Assembly: GCA_963847445.1 (NCBI GenBank)
Contig: CAWJZV010000014.1
Location: 128,001 to 192,000, forward strand
Direction of reading: 5' to 3'
Source: an uncultured delta proteobacterium
GTDB lineage: Bacteria; Desulfobacterota; Binatia; UBA9968
Length of the DNA: 64,000 nt
Position 1 is the stretch's first letter. Each line of letters starts with the position of its first letter. A program made the position numbers and the translations under genes. The notes below the pieces were generated by a model. That model was not told where the DNA came from, made no database searches, and saw only the letters and a program-made list of their open reading frames with translations. Shown here piece after piece: positions 50,306-61,879 of this stretch.

Positions 50306-50455
50306 TGTTGGATAAGGTCGATGATAGAGGATGGATAATTGAGAATGGACAAGAGAATCAATTCCTGCGCTGTTGATTATCGATCCTCTATCCTCGATCA
50401 TCCTCCGTCGGGGGGACTTTCATTGCGTTCTATGACGGCTTGAACGTTTGAACTG

Positions 50456-51872
50456 TTAGTCCACGTTCTCCCGCTTGGTCAAAAACTCCTTCGCCTGCAT
50501 CGGAAACAACACGCCCAAGAGCAAATCCTCTTCGCACTTCGCCAGCGGTCCGAGATCTTTGATCGCTTTGTCCCAGTCCGCCGGATCGGCCATTTCGCCG
50601 GAGCGGATCGAGTAGTCGGGCTGTTTGTCCTTCATGATTTTCTTGATCAAATCCGGGCTCACCGTCCCCGGCGGCCGGCCGTATTTTCCCTTTGACATAG
50701 TCCTGGGTCTCTTTCGTCACGATCTTGTAGCGCTCGCCGGCGAGGACATTGAGCACCGCTTGCACGCCGACGATCTGGCTGGTCGGCGTCAGCAGCGGCG
50801 GATGGCCCAAGTCTTTTTCCACACTCGGGGTTTCCTTCAGCGCTGCGTCCATCAAATCCATGCGCTTGGCTTCCTTCAGCTGCGCCACCATGTTGGAGAT
50901 CATGCCGCCGGGAACTTTGTGGATGAATACTTCGGCGCTGACGCCGGTGTAGCCGGTCTCGTATTTTTCATACTTCTCCTTGATCTGGCGCGTGATCAAC
51001 GACGGCTCTTCGAGGACTTTCAGATCGATGCCGGTGTCGAACGGCGTGCCGGCCAGCGACGCCACCATGGTTTCGGTGGCCGGATGGGCGGAACCGAACG
51101 ACAACGGCGACAGCACCGTGTCGATCATGTCGACGCCGGCGAGCACCGCCATCAGATGGCACATGCTCGAGGTCCCGCCCATGTCGTGACAATGCAGCAA
51201 CACCGGCAGCTTGCCCTTGGACCGGTCTTTGATGCCCTTGATGATTCGGTACGCGTTGAACGGCGTCAGAATTCCTGTGGCATCTTTGAGCGACAGCCAA
51301 TCGGCGCCCACGTCGATCAACTGCTCGGCATACTCCAGCCATTTTTCCAGCGTGTGCACCGGGCTGACGGTGTAATTTACTTCCACATGAGCTTCGCCGC
51401 CAAACTCTTTGACCGCCTTGGTCGCCGTCTCGATGTTGCGGAAGTCGTTGGTCGCCTCGAACACGCGAAACACGTTGATGCCGTTGGCCACCGCGCGCTC
51501 GACGAACTTGTAGACGATCTTATCGGTGTACGGCCGGTAGGCGAGTATATGTTGGCCGCGCAGGAGCATCTGCAGCTTGGTCTTGGGCATCACCGCTTTG
51601 ATGCGCCGCAGCCGCTCCCAAGGATCTTCGTTTAAATAACGCATGCAGACGTCGAAGGTCGCGCCGCCCCAGACTTCGACGGCGTAAAAGCCGCAGTTGT
51701 CGATGGACGCGCATAACGGCAAGAGATCGTCGGTGGTGACTCGGGTGGCGAGTTTGCACTGCTGGCCGTCGCGCGGCGTCAGATCGGTGATCTTGACCCT
51801 GCGGCTGCCCGCCGGCTCGGTGAGCAGTTTGTTCATGTCAGCGGCCAACTGGTTCAATATTTCGTCGCTCAT
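50456..51872 (-). CDS. Pyruvate/oxaloacetate carboxyltransferase subunit (PycB/OadA/5S-like, no biotinyl domain; frameshift near 50690)
   Basis: RDGQQ, EVWGGATFD, EDPWERLR, QMLLRGQ, KDATG, HCH, PGGMISN, TPTSQIVG. Confidence 0.92.
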
Positions 51873-51968
51873 GGAAATTCTCCTCTAGTTTCACTGCGGA
51901 TCGGACCGACCGCGTTGGCACCGTTTATAGGCCATTTCATTGGCGACAGCAAAGAGCTGAAGATTCTC

Positions 51969-52133
51969 TTCACCACGAAGGCACGAAGAGCACGAAGTGA
52001 GATACCAAGAGGGCGGGTTTGAAACCCGCCCTTACAATTCCGATTCTTTTTTGTGTCCTTTGCGTTCTTTGCGGCCAATCCTCAGAATCCGAATATTCTC
52101 CTACTTTGTGACCTTTGTGCTCTTTGTGGTTAA
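51969..52133. repeat. Family A palindrome with nested REP-like hairpin
   Basis: CACCACGAAGGCACGAAGAGCACGAAG-[GGGCGGGTTTGAAACCCGCCCTTAC]-...CTTTGTGACCTTTGTGCTCTTTGTGGT. Confidence 0.8.
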
Positions 52134-52178
52134 ATCCTCTTCTTGCATTTCCGAACTTATTCTCCTACAAACCGGCAG

Positions 52179-52526
52179 ATGAAGATCGTCCGACTTTACA
52201 CCGGCGCCGATAACGAATCGCACTTCGAAGACATCGAAGTCGAGATGAATCCCCAAGGCGTCGACCTGGTTTCCGCATTGCAGCCGGCCCATGGCGTCAT
52301 GTTCCGTTCGGCGCCACCGAGCCATCGGAGCAGCTATCACTGCGTGCCGAGACGGCAGTATGTCATCACTCTATCCGGCCAAGTCGAGATCGAGACCGGC
52401 GACGGCACCATCCGCCGCTTCGGGCCGGGCGATGTCATGCTCGCCGACGACACCACGGGGCGCGGCCATATGACCCGCGTCGTCGGCGACCAACCGCGCC
52501 ACTATGTTTTCATCCCGTTGAAATAG
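52179..52526 (+). CDS. Cupin-like hypothetical protein
   Basis: RLYTGADNESHFED, HCVPRRQYVITLSG, GPGDVMLADDTTGRGH. Confidence 0.85.
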   Translation: MKIVRLYTGADNESHFEDIEVEMNPQGVDLVSALQPAHGVMFRSAPPSHRSSYHCVPRRQYVITLSGQVEIETGDGTIRRFGPGDVMLADDTTGRGHMTRVVGDQPRHYVFIPLK

Positions 52527-52529
52527 GAT

Positions 52530-53713
52530 ACCTTCATCGACCCGCAACCATCGTCGCTCGGACCGGATCGCCTCTCCGTCGCCATCGTTCCCTGTTCGAA
52601 CTTGATGCCGTCCATGATGGTGGCGACGCTGGGCATCGCCTTGCCGGAGATCCGCCAGACGTTTTCGCTAACCGAACTCCAAGCCGGCAGTTTATTCTCT
52701 GTCATGATGCTCATCGCCGCCGTCACCAGCGCCATCGCTGGCCGCCTGGCGGATCGAATCGGCCGCAAGACCGTGCTGATAACCGGACTCAGCTTGCTCG
52801 CTGCGGGATTTGGCTGCGCCGGCATCAGCCGATCATCCGGTGTTGTTCTTCCTGCTCCTCGCCGTCACCGGCGTCGGCTACGGCTTCACGCCGCCGTCGC
52901 TCTACGCCATCATGTCCGACCTCTTGCCCAATCGCCGCGGCTTGGGCGCGAGTCTCGTCTCTGTCACCTATGGCATCGGCGGCGCCATCGGCGCCGTGCT
53001 GGCAAGCCGGATCACCGCCGCCTTCGGTTGGCGCGCTGCGTTTGTCACCGTCGGTATCATCGCCGCCGCCGACATGCTGTTGCAGCTTTGTTGGATTCGC
53101 GACACCCATCCGACGACGCACGGCCGCGCAATCAGGCTCCTTCCGCGCTGCTCTGTCGTTTTCGATTTTGATTCTCGCGCTCGCGGAATTCATCGGCGGC
53201 TCGGTGTTCTGGGCTTCGGCGGCGTGGACTCCGACGCTGCTGCGCAGCGCCAAGCATCTCAGTCTTCAAGAGACTGGCTGGATCATGGGCATCTTGAGCG
53301 TCGCCAATATGGTCGGCTCATTTACTCTGGGGAATCTATCCGACATGTTCGGCCGCAAGCGCGTCATCGCGCTCAGCGCCTTTCCCGCGGCCGCTGCAGC
53401 CTTCGTATTGTTTTACTGGCTGCAATCGCCGCTGTCTCTCGCCATCGGCATCGCCGTCTTCGGCGTCATCAAAGCTTCCGTGCCCGCGTTGGTCGTCGCC
53501 CTCGCCCAGGAAGCCGCGCCGCCGGGCAACGCCGGCACCGCCAGCGGCATCATCATGGCGCTCCACTACTTCGCCGGCGTCGTCGCGCCGTTGATCGCCG
53601 CGCAAATCATCGCCGCCACCGGCGACATCGTCCTGGCGATGATCCTGACCACCGCATTGCCGCTAGTCCTCTACGGCTGCCTGATCAGCGCCGTGCGCGA
53701 ACGATCGCGGTAA
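52530..53713 (+). CDS. MFS transporter (at least two frameshifts; start uncertain)
   Basis: GRLADRIGRK and GNLSDMFGRK motifs distributed over three frames. Confidence 0.8.
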
Positions 53714-53720
53714 AATCCCA

Positions 53721-53801
53721 TTCACCACGAAGGCACGAAGACACGAAGTTCGGAATAATATTTTTCCGAAACCTTCGTGTTCTTCGTGCCTTCGTGGTGA
53801 A
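53721..53801. repeat. Family A palindrome between convergent genes
   Basis: TTCACCACGAAGGCACGAAGACACGAAG...CTTCGTGTTCTTCGTGCCTTCGTGGTGAA. Confidence 0.9.
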
Positions 53802-53830
53802 AAATATCCGTCGCTTTGAACCTGACATAT

Positions 53831-54152
53831 TCAGCGGAGCCAAGAAAACAGCGAGCACCAGCACCGTCCCGACCAACATGCCGGTGACCGCGCTCTTGGT
53901 TTTGTAAGCGATGGCGATGGTCACCGCCAATGCGACGGCGCGATACGGCGCGGCTTGCGCGTCGAAGCGCGCGCCGGACATGAATAGTGTAATCGAGATC
54001 AAGCCGCACAACAGCGCGTAGGACAGATAGCGCAGCAAGCGGTCCCACATGTCGGGAAAACTTTTGCCGACCAGAAACATCTGCGGCAAGGCGCGCAGGA
54101 CCAACGCCGACAGGCCGAGAATGAAGATCAGCTCTAGGCGCGTGAAAGCCAT
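53831..54152 (-). CDS. AzlD-domain membrane protein
   Basis: MAFTRLELIFILGLSALVLRALP...LLRYLSYALL...; overlaps the azlC end; likely frameshift just before LFSWLR-stop. Confidence 0.7.
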
Positions 54153-54860
54153 TTTTCCAAACTCCAACCTAAGACAGCGATCAGCGCCGACGTCGCGAGC
54201 CAGCCCCAGCCGGGATTGAACAGCGCGCCGGGAATCGCCGTGACGATGCTCGCCAGACAGATCAGCGGCATGGTTTTGCCTTTCATCTCCGCCACCAGCA
54301 GGCCGGCGAAATAGCCGGGCAGAATAAATTTCAACGCCTCTTCGAAGCCCGCCGGGAAACTCAACGCCGACACCATAACCGGCGGCGGTGCCGACCACCC
54401 AGACCGTGAACGCCGTCGCGCCGATGCCGGCGAAGAAACCGAGGTTGCCATAACCGTCGGCGACCGATTTACCGCCGCTGGCTTCCCGCTCTTTTTGAAA
54501 TTGCAGATAAGGCACGATGAAACTGCTGGCGCTGACGACATGGGACGCGATCATCAGCGGCAAGCGCTTGACGCCGCGAAAGAACGGCGCCAACGCCATG
54601 CTCATCGGCAGGAAGCGCAAATTCATCAGCAAGCCGGCGATCAACACCGTCGCCGCCGACTTGCCTTCGGCGAGCGGCACGAGCACGGCGAACTGCGCCG
54701 GCCCGGAATAAACCCACGCCGACATCAGAACGATCTCTTCGAGCGTCAGCCCATGGGCCTGCGCCGCGATCCCCCAGGCGAGAGACGACGGCACGAAGGC
54801 GATCCAGATCGGAATCGCCGCTTTCATCCCCTGGCGAAATCGCGCGGCAAAAGACATCAC
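54134..54860 (-). CDS. AzlC family branched-chain amino acid exporter (frameshift near 54360)
   Basis: FRQGMKAAIPI, MSAWVYSGPAQFA, LMNLRF, WVVGTAAG. Confidence 0.85.
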
Positions 54861-55061
54861 ACTCGCTTAGCGGAGGAAGCTACGAGAAGATCAATGGAAG
54901 CGCAAAACAAATTTGAGGTTTGACGGCGCCGGAAACGGGCGCAGCATGCTGCGCCCCTACAGGACTTATTTTGCGACTTTGCATTGCAATAGCTCAAAGA
55001 TTCTGGCTTGCGCAACTTTGCTACGTACTCGTAAGTTGCCGGCTAACGAAGAAATCCAATC

Positions 55062-55172
55062 TCACCACGAAGGACACGAAGCGCCAAGTTCGGAGTAATA
55101 TTTTCCGAACCCTTCGTGTCCTTCGTGAGCTTCGCGGGAAATCTTCCATTTGGTTGCGGCTCGCTGCGCTAG
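55062..55172. repeat. Family A palindrome plus TTGGTTGCGGC unit
   Basis: TCACCACGAAGGACACGAAG...CTTCGTGTCCTTCGTGAGCTTCGCGG; TTGGTTGCGGCTCGCTGCGCT. Confidence 0.8.
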
Positions 55173-55190
55173 TTCTTGCGGTTCAATTCC

Positions 55191-56934
55191 CTACGCCGAT
55201 CCCGCCACCTGCTGCTGCTTGCGCGCGTAGATCCAAAAGCTCGTCACCACCGGCGACATCACCGCGATCATCATGATCGCGATCGCCGCGGCGTCGCCCA
55301 ACCCGCCGCCATGCCATTGTCCCCAGATGTAAGTCGACAGCACCTGGCTTTTCGGCGACGATAGAAATACCGCCATGGTCAACTCGCGGTACGCCGACAG
55401 CGAGGTCCAGATCCAGGTGTAGATCAGCCCCGGCTTGATCAGCGGCACGATGATTTTGGCGAGAATTTTAAAAGACGACAGCGCCGCCCACTTGCGCCGC
55501 TTCTTCCAACTCGCGATGCACTTGGATCATGCTGTTGTTCAACACCCGGGTGCCGAAGCTGATCCAGCAGACGATATAGACCGCCATGATGACAAAGATA
55601 GTTCCGTACAGCGGCACGACGTTGGAGACCAGCAATGCCAAGTAGGCGATCGCCAGGGCGAAGAGCAGGTTGGGCACCGGATGCGGTAGAAACGCGACGG
55701 CGTCCAAGGCCACCCGCCAGCGAAATTTCGAGCGCGTGACGATCCACGAAACCGCCGCGCAGATCAGCACGATCAACGTCGGCACGGCGACCATCAAGAG
55801 GATAGTATTCAAAGCCGCATCCAAGATCGCCCTGTCGAAGGCCGCCGCGCTGTAGCGCTCGAAAGTGAGCGACGACAGCGCTTGCCAGGACGGCGCTTGC
55901 ACATAGGGCAAGAGCGACACCCAAAAGATCGCCAATAGCGGCAGGACAAACGCCAAAGTGAAGTAGAGCCCCAAGAGTGCCCACGCCGACCAGCGCCAGC
56001 GGCCCAACTCCACCGGCCGCGGCTGATAGGCCTTGCCGGAAATGATTTGATACTTGTGGCTCTGCTTGAGGGCGATGAAATACGGGATCATCATAATCAG
56101 CGACAACCCGACCATGATCGTGCCGTAGGCACCGCTCAGACCGTAGCGCGGCAAGCCTTCGTTGGGATTGATCATGAAATAGATCGCCGTGCTGAAGGTA
56201 AAAATATTGTTGGCCATGCCGATCACGCCCGGCACATCGAAAGCCGCGATCGCCACAGTGAACATCCAGATCACCGCCGAGAACAGCGCCGGCCAGATCA
56301 GCGGCAGCTCGATGCGCACCAGCGTGCGCCATTGGCTGACACCGTGGACGCTCGCCGCCTCGACCAACGACGGGTTCATGCTCTTGAGCGCGGCGGAAAT
56401 CATCACGTAAGCCAGCGGCGTCAGGGTCAGTCCTTGCACCCAGCCGATGCCGGTCAAGGTCGCGATGTTGAGCGGTGCGGTGCTGAGACCGAACAGCTGC
56501 ATGAGGAAAATATTGATCACGCCGATGCGCGGGTGGAGCAAAAATACCCAGCCCATGGCTTTGAGAAAGGTCGGAAACAGAATGCCGATACTGAGCAGAC
56601 TCATCGCCAGCGCTTTGTAGGGCATGTCGGTGCGCTCGACCAGCCAGGCGAAGATAAATCCCAACGGCACCGCCACGGCAATCGTCACGGCGGAAAAATA
56701 CAAAGTCGTCCACATCACTTTGTACGTGTACGGATCGGCGAGGATCGTCACATAATTCTTGAGCGAATAGTCCGATGGCTGCCCCGGCACGCCGGTGCGC
56801 AGACTCATCCAGATAATCATGCCCAGCAGGACCAGAATGGAAATCGCCGCGACGCCGGCGACCGCCACCAGCGACAACTGCGACCAGTTGATATTCGAGC
56901 CGCGCGGCTCGGGCATGATGACTTGAGTGGACAT
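55191..56934 (-). CDS. ABC transporter permease, fused two-domain FbpB/ThiP type (frameshift near 55470)
   Basis: AWLVERTDMP; EAA loops LVEAASVHG and LEEAAQVGG; C-terminal PLIKPGL...RELT in the next frame. Confidence 0.9.
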
Positions 56935-57150
56935 GGAAATTTATTTCCCTCGCAAAGCACTATTGTTCTGCAACTTCGTAAGTCCAGCGAAGGCCAGAAT
57001 TTAGACTTCGAACCTCGGATGGATACCGGTTTTCACCGGTATGACGGATTAACGACCTCGGCGACAAGCCAAGGGAATTTGGAGTTGTCGACCGGAAGTC
57101 GGCTTTCTGTTTATCATTCCCGCGAAGCGGGAAACCAGGTTAATTTCGAA

Positions 57151-58193
57151 TCACTTCAACAGAATCTTATTCAGCTCTTCCTCGAGCCCGGCATCTTCCT
57201 TGAGAAACACTTCGCTCAATTGCTTGGCGTCCTGCAGCTTGATCTTGTTCGCTTTGACGTAATTCGCCAATATCGTACCCTCGACCAAATGGGAGCTGCG
57301 ATGATCCTGCTTCTCCAGCACGCTCTGCGCCTCGCGGGTGGTCATGAAGGCGATAAACAACTTGGCCATGTTCGGATGCACCGAATTTCTCGGCACTGCG
57401 AGTTGATAGTACGACGAAGTCGCCGGCGAAGAGCCCGGCAAGCCGACCAGCGGCGCGTTCTTGGTTTGCCACTTCCACATCGCCTCCAGCGGCCCGCCGG
57501 TGCTCGCCATGATCGGAAACTCGCCGCTGACGATGCGCTCTTCTTCACCCTGACGCAGTCGGCCGCCGGTGAGCGGCGCCAGCTTGCGCGCAAAGTTGAG
57601 AACTTTCTCTTTGCCCCAGATCGGCGTCAAGCGGACCAGCCAATGAATGTACGCCGGGATCGCCATCTTGCCGGCCCAAGTCGGCGACAGCGCCGGATCG
57701 ATCAGATCTTCATAACTCTTCGGCGCCTTGTCCTTGGGGATCGCATTGGAGTTGTAGATGATGCCGTGAAACGACGCGTAGACCAGCAACGACTCCTGCG
57801 GGGTAATTTCCATTTCCTTGGTCACCCAGGGAAAGATCCCCGCCCAATTCACTTTTTCCAGCGCTTTCTCTTCGTGCATGGTCGCGAAGGTGCCGTCGGA
57901 GCCAAGATACATATCCGTCGACGACTTCGAGCCGGCCTTCTGCTCGGTAATGATCCGCGCCGCCATCTGCGGAAAGCTCGGCCCGCCGCTCAAGTTCAAT
58001 TTCGCCTTGAAGCCATAGCGCTTGGCGAACAGAGCTTCGAGTTCGGTAAAGCCCTTCTTACCGCCAAATGTCGACGTGCTCGCGACTAACGTCACTTCGC
58101 CTTCTTTTTTTGCCTCGGCGACGATCTGTTCGAGTTTCTGCGCCTGCGCGAGAGGCGGCAAAATAACAAGACAGCAAGTATGAGTTTCAGCAC
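57151..58193 (-). CDS. Extracellular solute-binding protein (AfuA/FbpA-like fold)
   Basis: AKKEGEV, IIYNSNAIPKDKAPKSYEDLIDP, VSGEFPI, HPNMAKLFI.F; signal peptide frameshifted. Confidence 0.85.
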
Positions 58194-58315
58194 TGCATTA
58201 CTCCTTTCAAGCTAGTGAGACGTCAAGGTCGAGAATAGAGGATAGAAAATGGCGGATGGACATCAGATCGCAACGCCATCCGCGATCCTCCATCATCGAT
58301 CCTCGATCCTGAATT

Positions 58316-59445
58316 TCAAGACAACGCTTCCACCGCATCGCGACTCGACGTCGAAGGTAATCGACCGTCGGCACTACGCATCACACCGAAGGGATCTTTG
58401 CCCTGGGCTACCGCGTCAATCGAGTCGCGGATCATCTTGCGCAGCATGAGAATCCCCTGGTCGGAGCTCGCCAGATGTTCCTTGGTGCGGTCGGCGATCA
58501 CGCCTTGAGTTTCCTGCGCCACCCGATCCTGCTCGCGATTGGGCAGATTCCACCAACCGTCTTGCACCCGCGTGTACACACCCGGCTCGCTTTTGCGAAA
58601 GCCTTTGACGCGCAGCGATTCGGGCCGTGTCGGCTGGCCGTCCTTGTGCGGGTAGAAGTCGATATAAAAAGTATTGGTCGTGTAGTCGTCCTTGGGCACG
58701 CGAAAGCGGATCACCTGGCGCGGCAGCTCGTCGACGCGCGCCGCGGAGTGGCGGATATGGGACGGAAAAATGAAATGCGATATGCGCGGCTTCGCCACGC
58801 CGTCGACCCAACGTCGTTTCTTTGAGGCCGAATGGCGTCGGCTCCCATTTGATCGTCGGCCGCTTCATCGCCATGTTGGGATAGCCGGCGGCATGGAGCG
58901 CGATGGAGTGCGTGCCGTCGGCGGAATTCTCCGCCCGTTGCAGCCAATTGCAAAACTCCTCGCCGCCGCCGACCACTCGGCAGCCATCGTCGCGTAATAG
59001 CAAATCATAGGGCGGCAAGAGCGGTACCGGCTCAGGGCCGATGTAGGCGAAGATCAAGCCGCCGGCATCCTGCGCATGAAAAGCCGGATGTTTGACCCGC
59101 TCTTTGAAAGTGCTGTCGGCCGGCTCCGCCGGTTGGTCCAGGCAATTACCGCGCGCGTCCCACAGCCAGCCATGATAGCAGCAGCGAATGCCGTTCTCTT
59201 CGACCCGGCCGTACTCCAACGACGTGCCGCGATGGGAACAGTGCAGCGCCACCAATCCCAACTTGCCGCCGCCGTCGCGAAACAACACGAAGTCTTCGCG
59301 CCAGCAACGTCACCTTGGTCGGTGCCGCTTTAGCCTGCACTTGATCGGTAAACGCCACCGGCCACCAGTAACGCCGCAGCATCTCCCCCGCCGGCGTACC
59401 CGCACCGACGCGAGTCATGAGTTCGTTTTCTTCTTGAGTCAACAT
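58316..59445 (-). CDS. Rieske non-heme iron oxygenase, phthalate/vanillate-type alpha subunit (several frameshifts)
   Basis: MLTQEENELMTRVGAGTPAGEMLRRYWWP, CSHRG...CCYHGW, ENSADGTHSIALH, EQDRVAQETQG, EHLASSD. Confidence 0.9.
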
Positions 59446-59555
59446 AACGCGCTCCGTTGAAAAATGAACTTGCTGGAGTAATGGAGTACTGGAGTGTTGG
59501 GAATCGGAAACCCATTACTCCAAACTCCACCACTCCATTACTCCAATCTTCTCGT

Positions 59556-60625
59556 CTACTGCTTCAGCATCTTCGTCAGTTCTTCTTTGAACTCCAGACC
59601 GCTATCCTCGCCTTGCAGATAAAAATTGATCGAGTCCTTGGCTTCCTGCAACTTGATCTTATTTTGCTTGAGATAGTTCGACATCATCGTGCCGTCGACC
59701 AGGTGCGACGTGCGGAAATCATTTTTTTCGAGAATGGCTTGGGCTTCTTTCGACGCCATGAAACCGACGAAGAGCTTGGCCAAATTCGGATGGACTGAAT
59801 TTTTCGGCACCGCTAGTTGAAAATAGGACGGCAGCACAGGTGTCGAACCCATCACCGCCACCAGCGGCGCGCCTTTGGCCTGCCACTGCCACATCTGTTC
59901 CGTTGCGCCGCCCATGTTCGCCGCGATGGGAAATTCGCCGCTGACCACCCGCTCTTCTTCGCTGTAGCGCAACCGTCCCGCGCTCAACGCCACCAGCCGC
60001 TTGGTAAAGTTCTTGACCTTGTCCTCGCTCCAGATCATCGACAGCTCGACCAGCCAAGAAACATAGGGCGGAATCGCCAGCTTGCCCGCCCAAGTCGGAC
60101 TTAACTTGGGGTCGACCAGATCTTCGTAAGTTTTCGGCGCTTTGTCCTTGGGGATCAATTTTGAGTTGTAAATCATGCCGCGCAGCGAAGTAAAAATCAG
60201 CACGCCCTCATTGGGAAAAATCTCCATCGGTTTGGTGATCCACGGAAAGATCCCGGAATAATTTACCTGCTCCAACACCTTCTCTTTGTGCAACAGCGAT
60301 ACATGGGACTGCGAGCCATGATAAATATCGCTGGACGCCTTGCTGCCGTTTTTCACTTCGGTGATCACCCGCGCCGCCATCGAATTCATCTCCGGCCCGG
60401 CGGCAAAACGGATCTTCATATTGAGGCCAAAACGTTTGTTGAACGCCGCCTCAAGGATATTCAAAGTCTTCTGCCCGCCAAAAGTCTGCGCCCCGGCAAT
60501 AAAGGTCAGCTCCGACTCTTTCTTCGCCCCCGCAATCAACTGCTCCAAAGTCTCCGCCGCGAGCTGTCGAATGAAGCGAAACCACCACCAGCAACCCAGG
60601 CGACAATCTTGGCAATAGACTTCAT
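59556..60625 (-). CDS. Extracellular solute-binding protein (AfuA/FbpA-like fold)
   Basis: GAKKESEL, MIYNSKLIPKDKAPKTYEDLVDP, VSGEFPI, HPNLAKLFV; ATG at 60625, signal peptide frameshifted. Confidence 0.85.
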
Positions 60626-60730
60626 CGCACTCTCCGATCCGAAAACCTTTGAACCTTGAACCCTTGAACTTTCGAACGAATCCGAACCTCTGGAACGATT
60701 GGAACACCTGGAACCTTTGGAACAGTGCTT

Positions 60731-61879
60731 TTAGTCCAACAGTTCTTCCCTCGGCTCCAACCGGATCAACTCATTCTTCGCCGGATCGCGCACGACCCCC
60801 AGCGGATCGCGCCCCTGCTTGATCGCCTCGATGCCGTCCTTATAGATCTTTCGTAGCAGAATGACACCCTTGTCGGTGGTGACCAGATGTTCCGTGGTGC
60901 GGTCGAAGATCACGCCTTGGCTCTCCTGCGCGGCGCGGTCCTGATCTTCGCGGGCGAGCCAGCCGATCTCATCGTCCCAGCGATATTTGCCGAAAACCGT
61001 GTCCTGCACGCCTTCCGCCGAGCGGTCTTTCATCAGCTTCGAAGTGATCTTGCCGTCGACCTCGTTGGCGAACTCGACGGTGTAATGGATCGTGCTGGTA
61101 TCGTCGATCGGCACGCGCCAGCGCATCACTTCGCAGGAACTGCTCGCGCGGTGCTCGGTCGGATGGCCCTCTTCGACGTTGCCGGTCTTGTTAATCGTCG
61201 GCATGACGAAGAAGTTCACATGCGCCCAGTTTTTGCCGGAGACACGCCGCGTGTAGGTGTTGAGCACGCCGTGGTCGAAGATTTGCGGGTTGATCTCGCC
61301 GTCTTCCCAGGTCGGCGTTGTCAGGCCGCGGTGCAGCCATTTCAAATGGTTTTGATCGACGGAATTTTCAATCATCTGAAAATAATTGCAGTTGACGATG
61401 CGCGCGCGCATCGCCCGCTGGCCGTCCTGGCGCGCCAGAACGTCATAGCGCGGCAACAGCGGCGCCGGCTCCGGCCCCATGTAGACAAACAAGACGCCGC
61501 CCAGCTCTTGAACTTTATACGACGGCTGGCGCACCCGCTCTTTGAACGTGCTGGTCGGCCCCTCGCCCGGCGTTTCCAACACCTTGCCGTCGACGTCGAA
61601 CAGCCAGCCATGATAGCAGCAACGCAACCCGCCGCTCTCGATATGGCCGAACTCAAGCGAAGTGCCGCGATGCATGCAGCGCAGCGCCAACACGCCGTAC
61701 TTGCCAAACTCGTCTTTGAACAGCACGACATCCTCGCCCAGAATCCGCTTCTTCTTCGGCTTGCCCTGCAGCTCGTTGGCAAACCCAATCGGCTGCCAAT
61801 ACCGCCGCAACAGCTCCCCGGCGGGCTTGCCCGGCCCAACCTGCGTCAACATGTCGTTTTCTTCTTTGCTGAGTGCCAT
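60731..61879 (-). CDS. Rieske non-heme iron oxygenase, phthalate/vanillate-type alpha subunit
   Basis: GELLRRYWQP, CMHRG...CCYHGW, ENSVDQNHLKWLH, DQDRAAQESQG, EHLVTTD. Confidence 0.93.
   Translation of the reverse strand: MALSKEENDMLTQVGPGKPAGELLRRYWQPIGFANELQGKPKKKRILGEDVVLFKDEFGKYGVLALRCMHRGTSLEFGHIESGGLRCCYHGWLFDVDGKVLETPGEGPTSTFKERVRQPSYKVQELGGVLFVYMGPEPAPLLPRYDVLARQDGQRAMRARIVNCNYFQMIENSVDQNHLKWLHRGLTTPTWEDGEINPQIFDHGVLNTYTRRVSGKNWAHVNFFVMPTINKTGNVEEGHPTEHRASSSCEVMRWRVPIDDTSTIHYTVEFANEVDGKITSKLMKDRSAEGVQDTVFGKYRWDDEIGWLAREDQDRAAQESQGVIFDRTTEHLVTTDKGVILLRKIYKDGIEAIKQGRDPLGVVRDPAKNELIRLEPREELLD

Noticed and set aside
53685-54860. Apparent AzlC-AzlD fusion ORF extending into a repeat
   Set aside because: Produced by frameshifts; separate azlC and azlD frames with their own start and stop are visible.
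10479-55140. Family A repeats as a CRISPR array
   Set aside because: Copies are dispersed inverted pairs, not regularly spaced direct repeats with unique spacers; no cas genes are present.
8768-58089. Long antisense or alternate-frame ORFs (e.g. 8768-10300, 39718-41073, 56047-58089)
   Set aside because: Shadows of high-GC coding genes on the other strand or frame; no motifs.
4710-60625. About 15 frameshifted genes (slyD-like, cobB, SGNH, amidohydrolase, LVIVD, ybaL, fpg, carboxyltransferase, MFS, azlC/D, permease, SBPs, Rieske) read as programmed frameshifting or mass pseudogenisation
   Set aside because: These are single-base indels at unrelated positions, with motifs intact and no accumulated stops or shared slippery site, and they cluster toward 45-63 kb. 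Long-read consensus error is the best explanation; read polishing would settle it.
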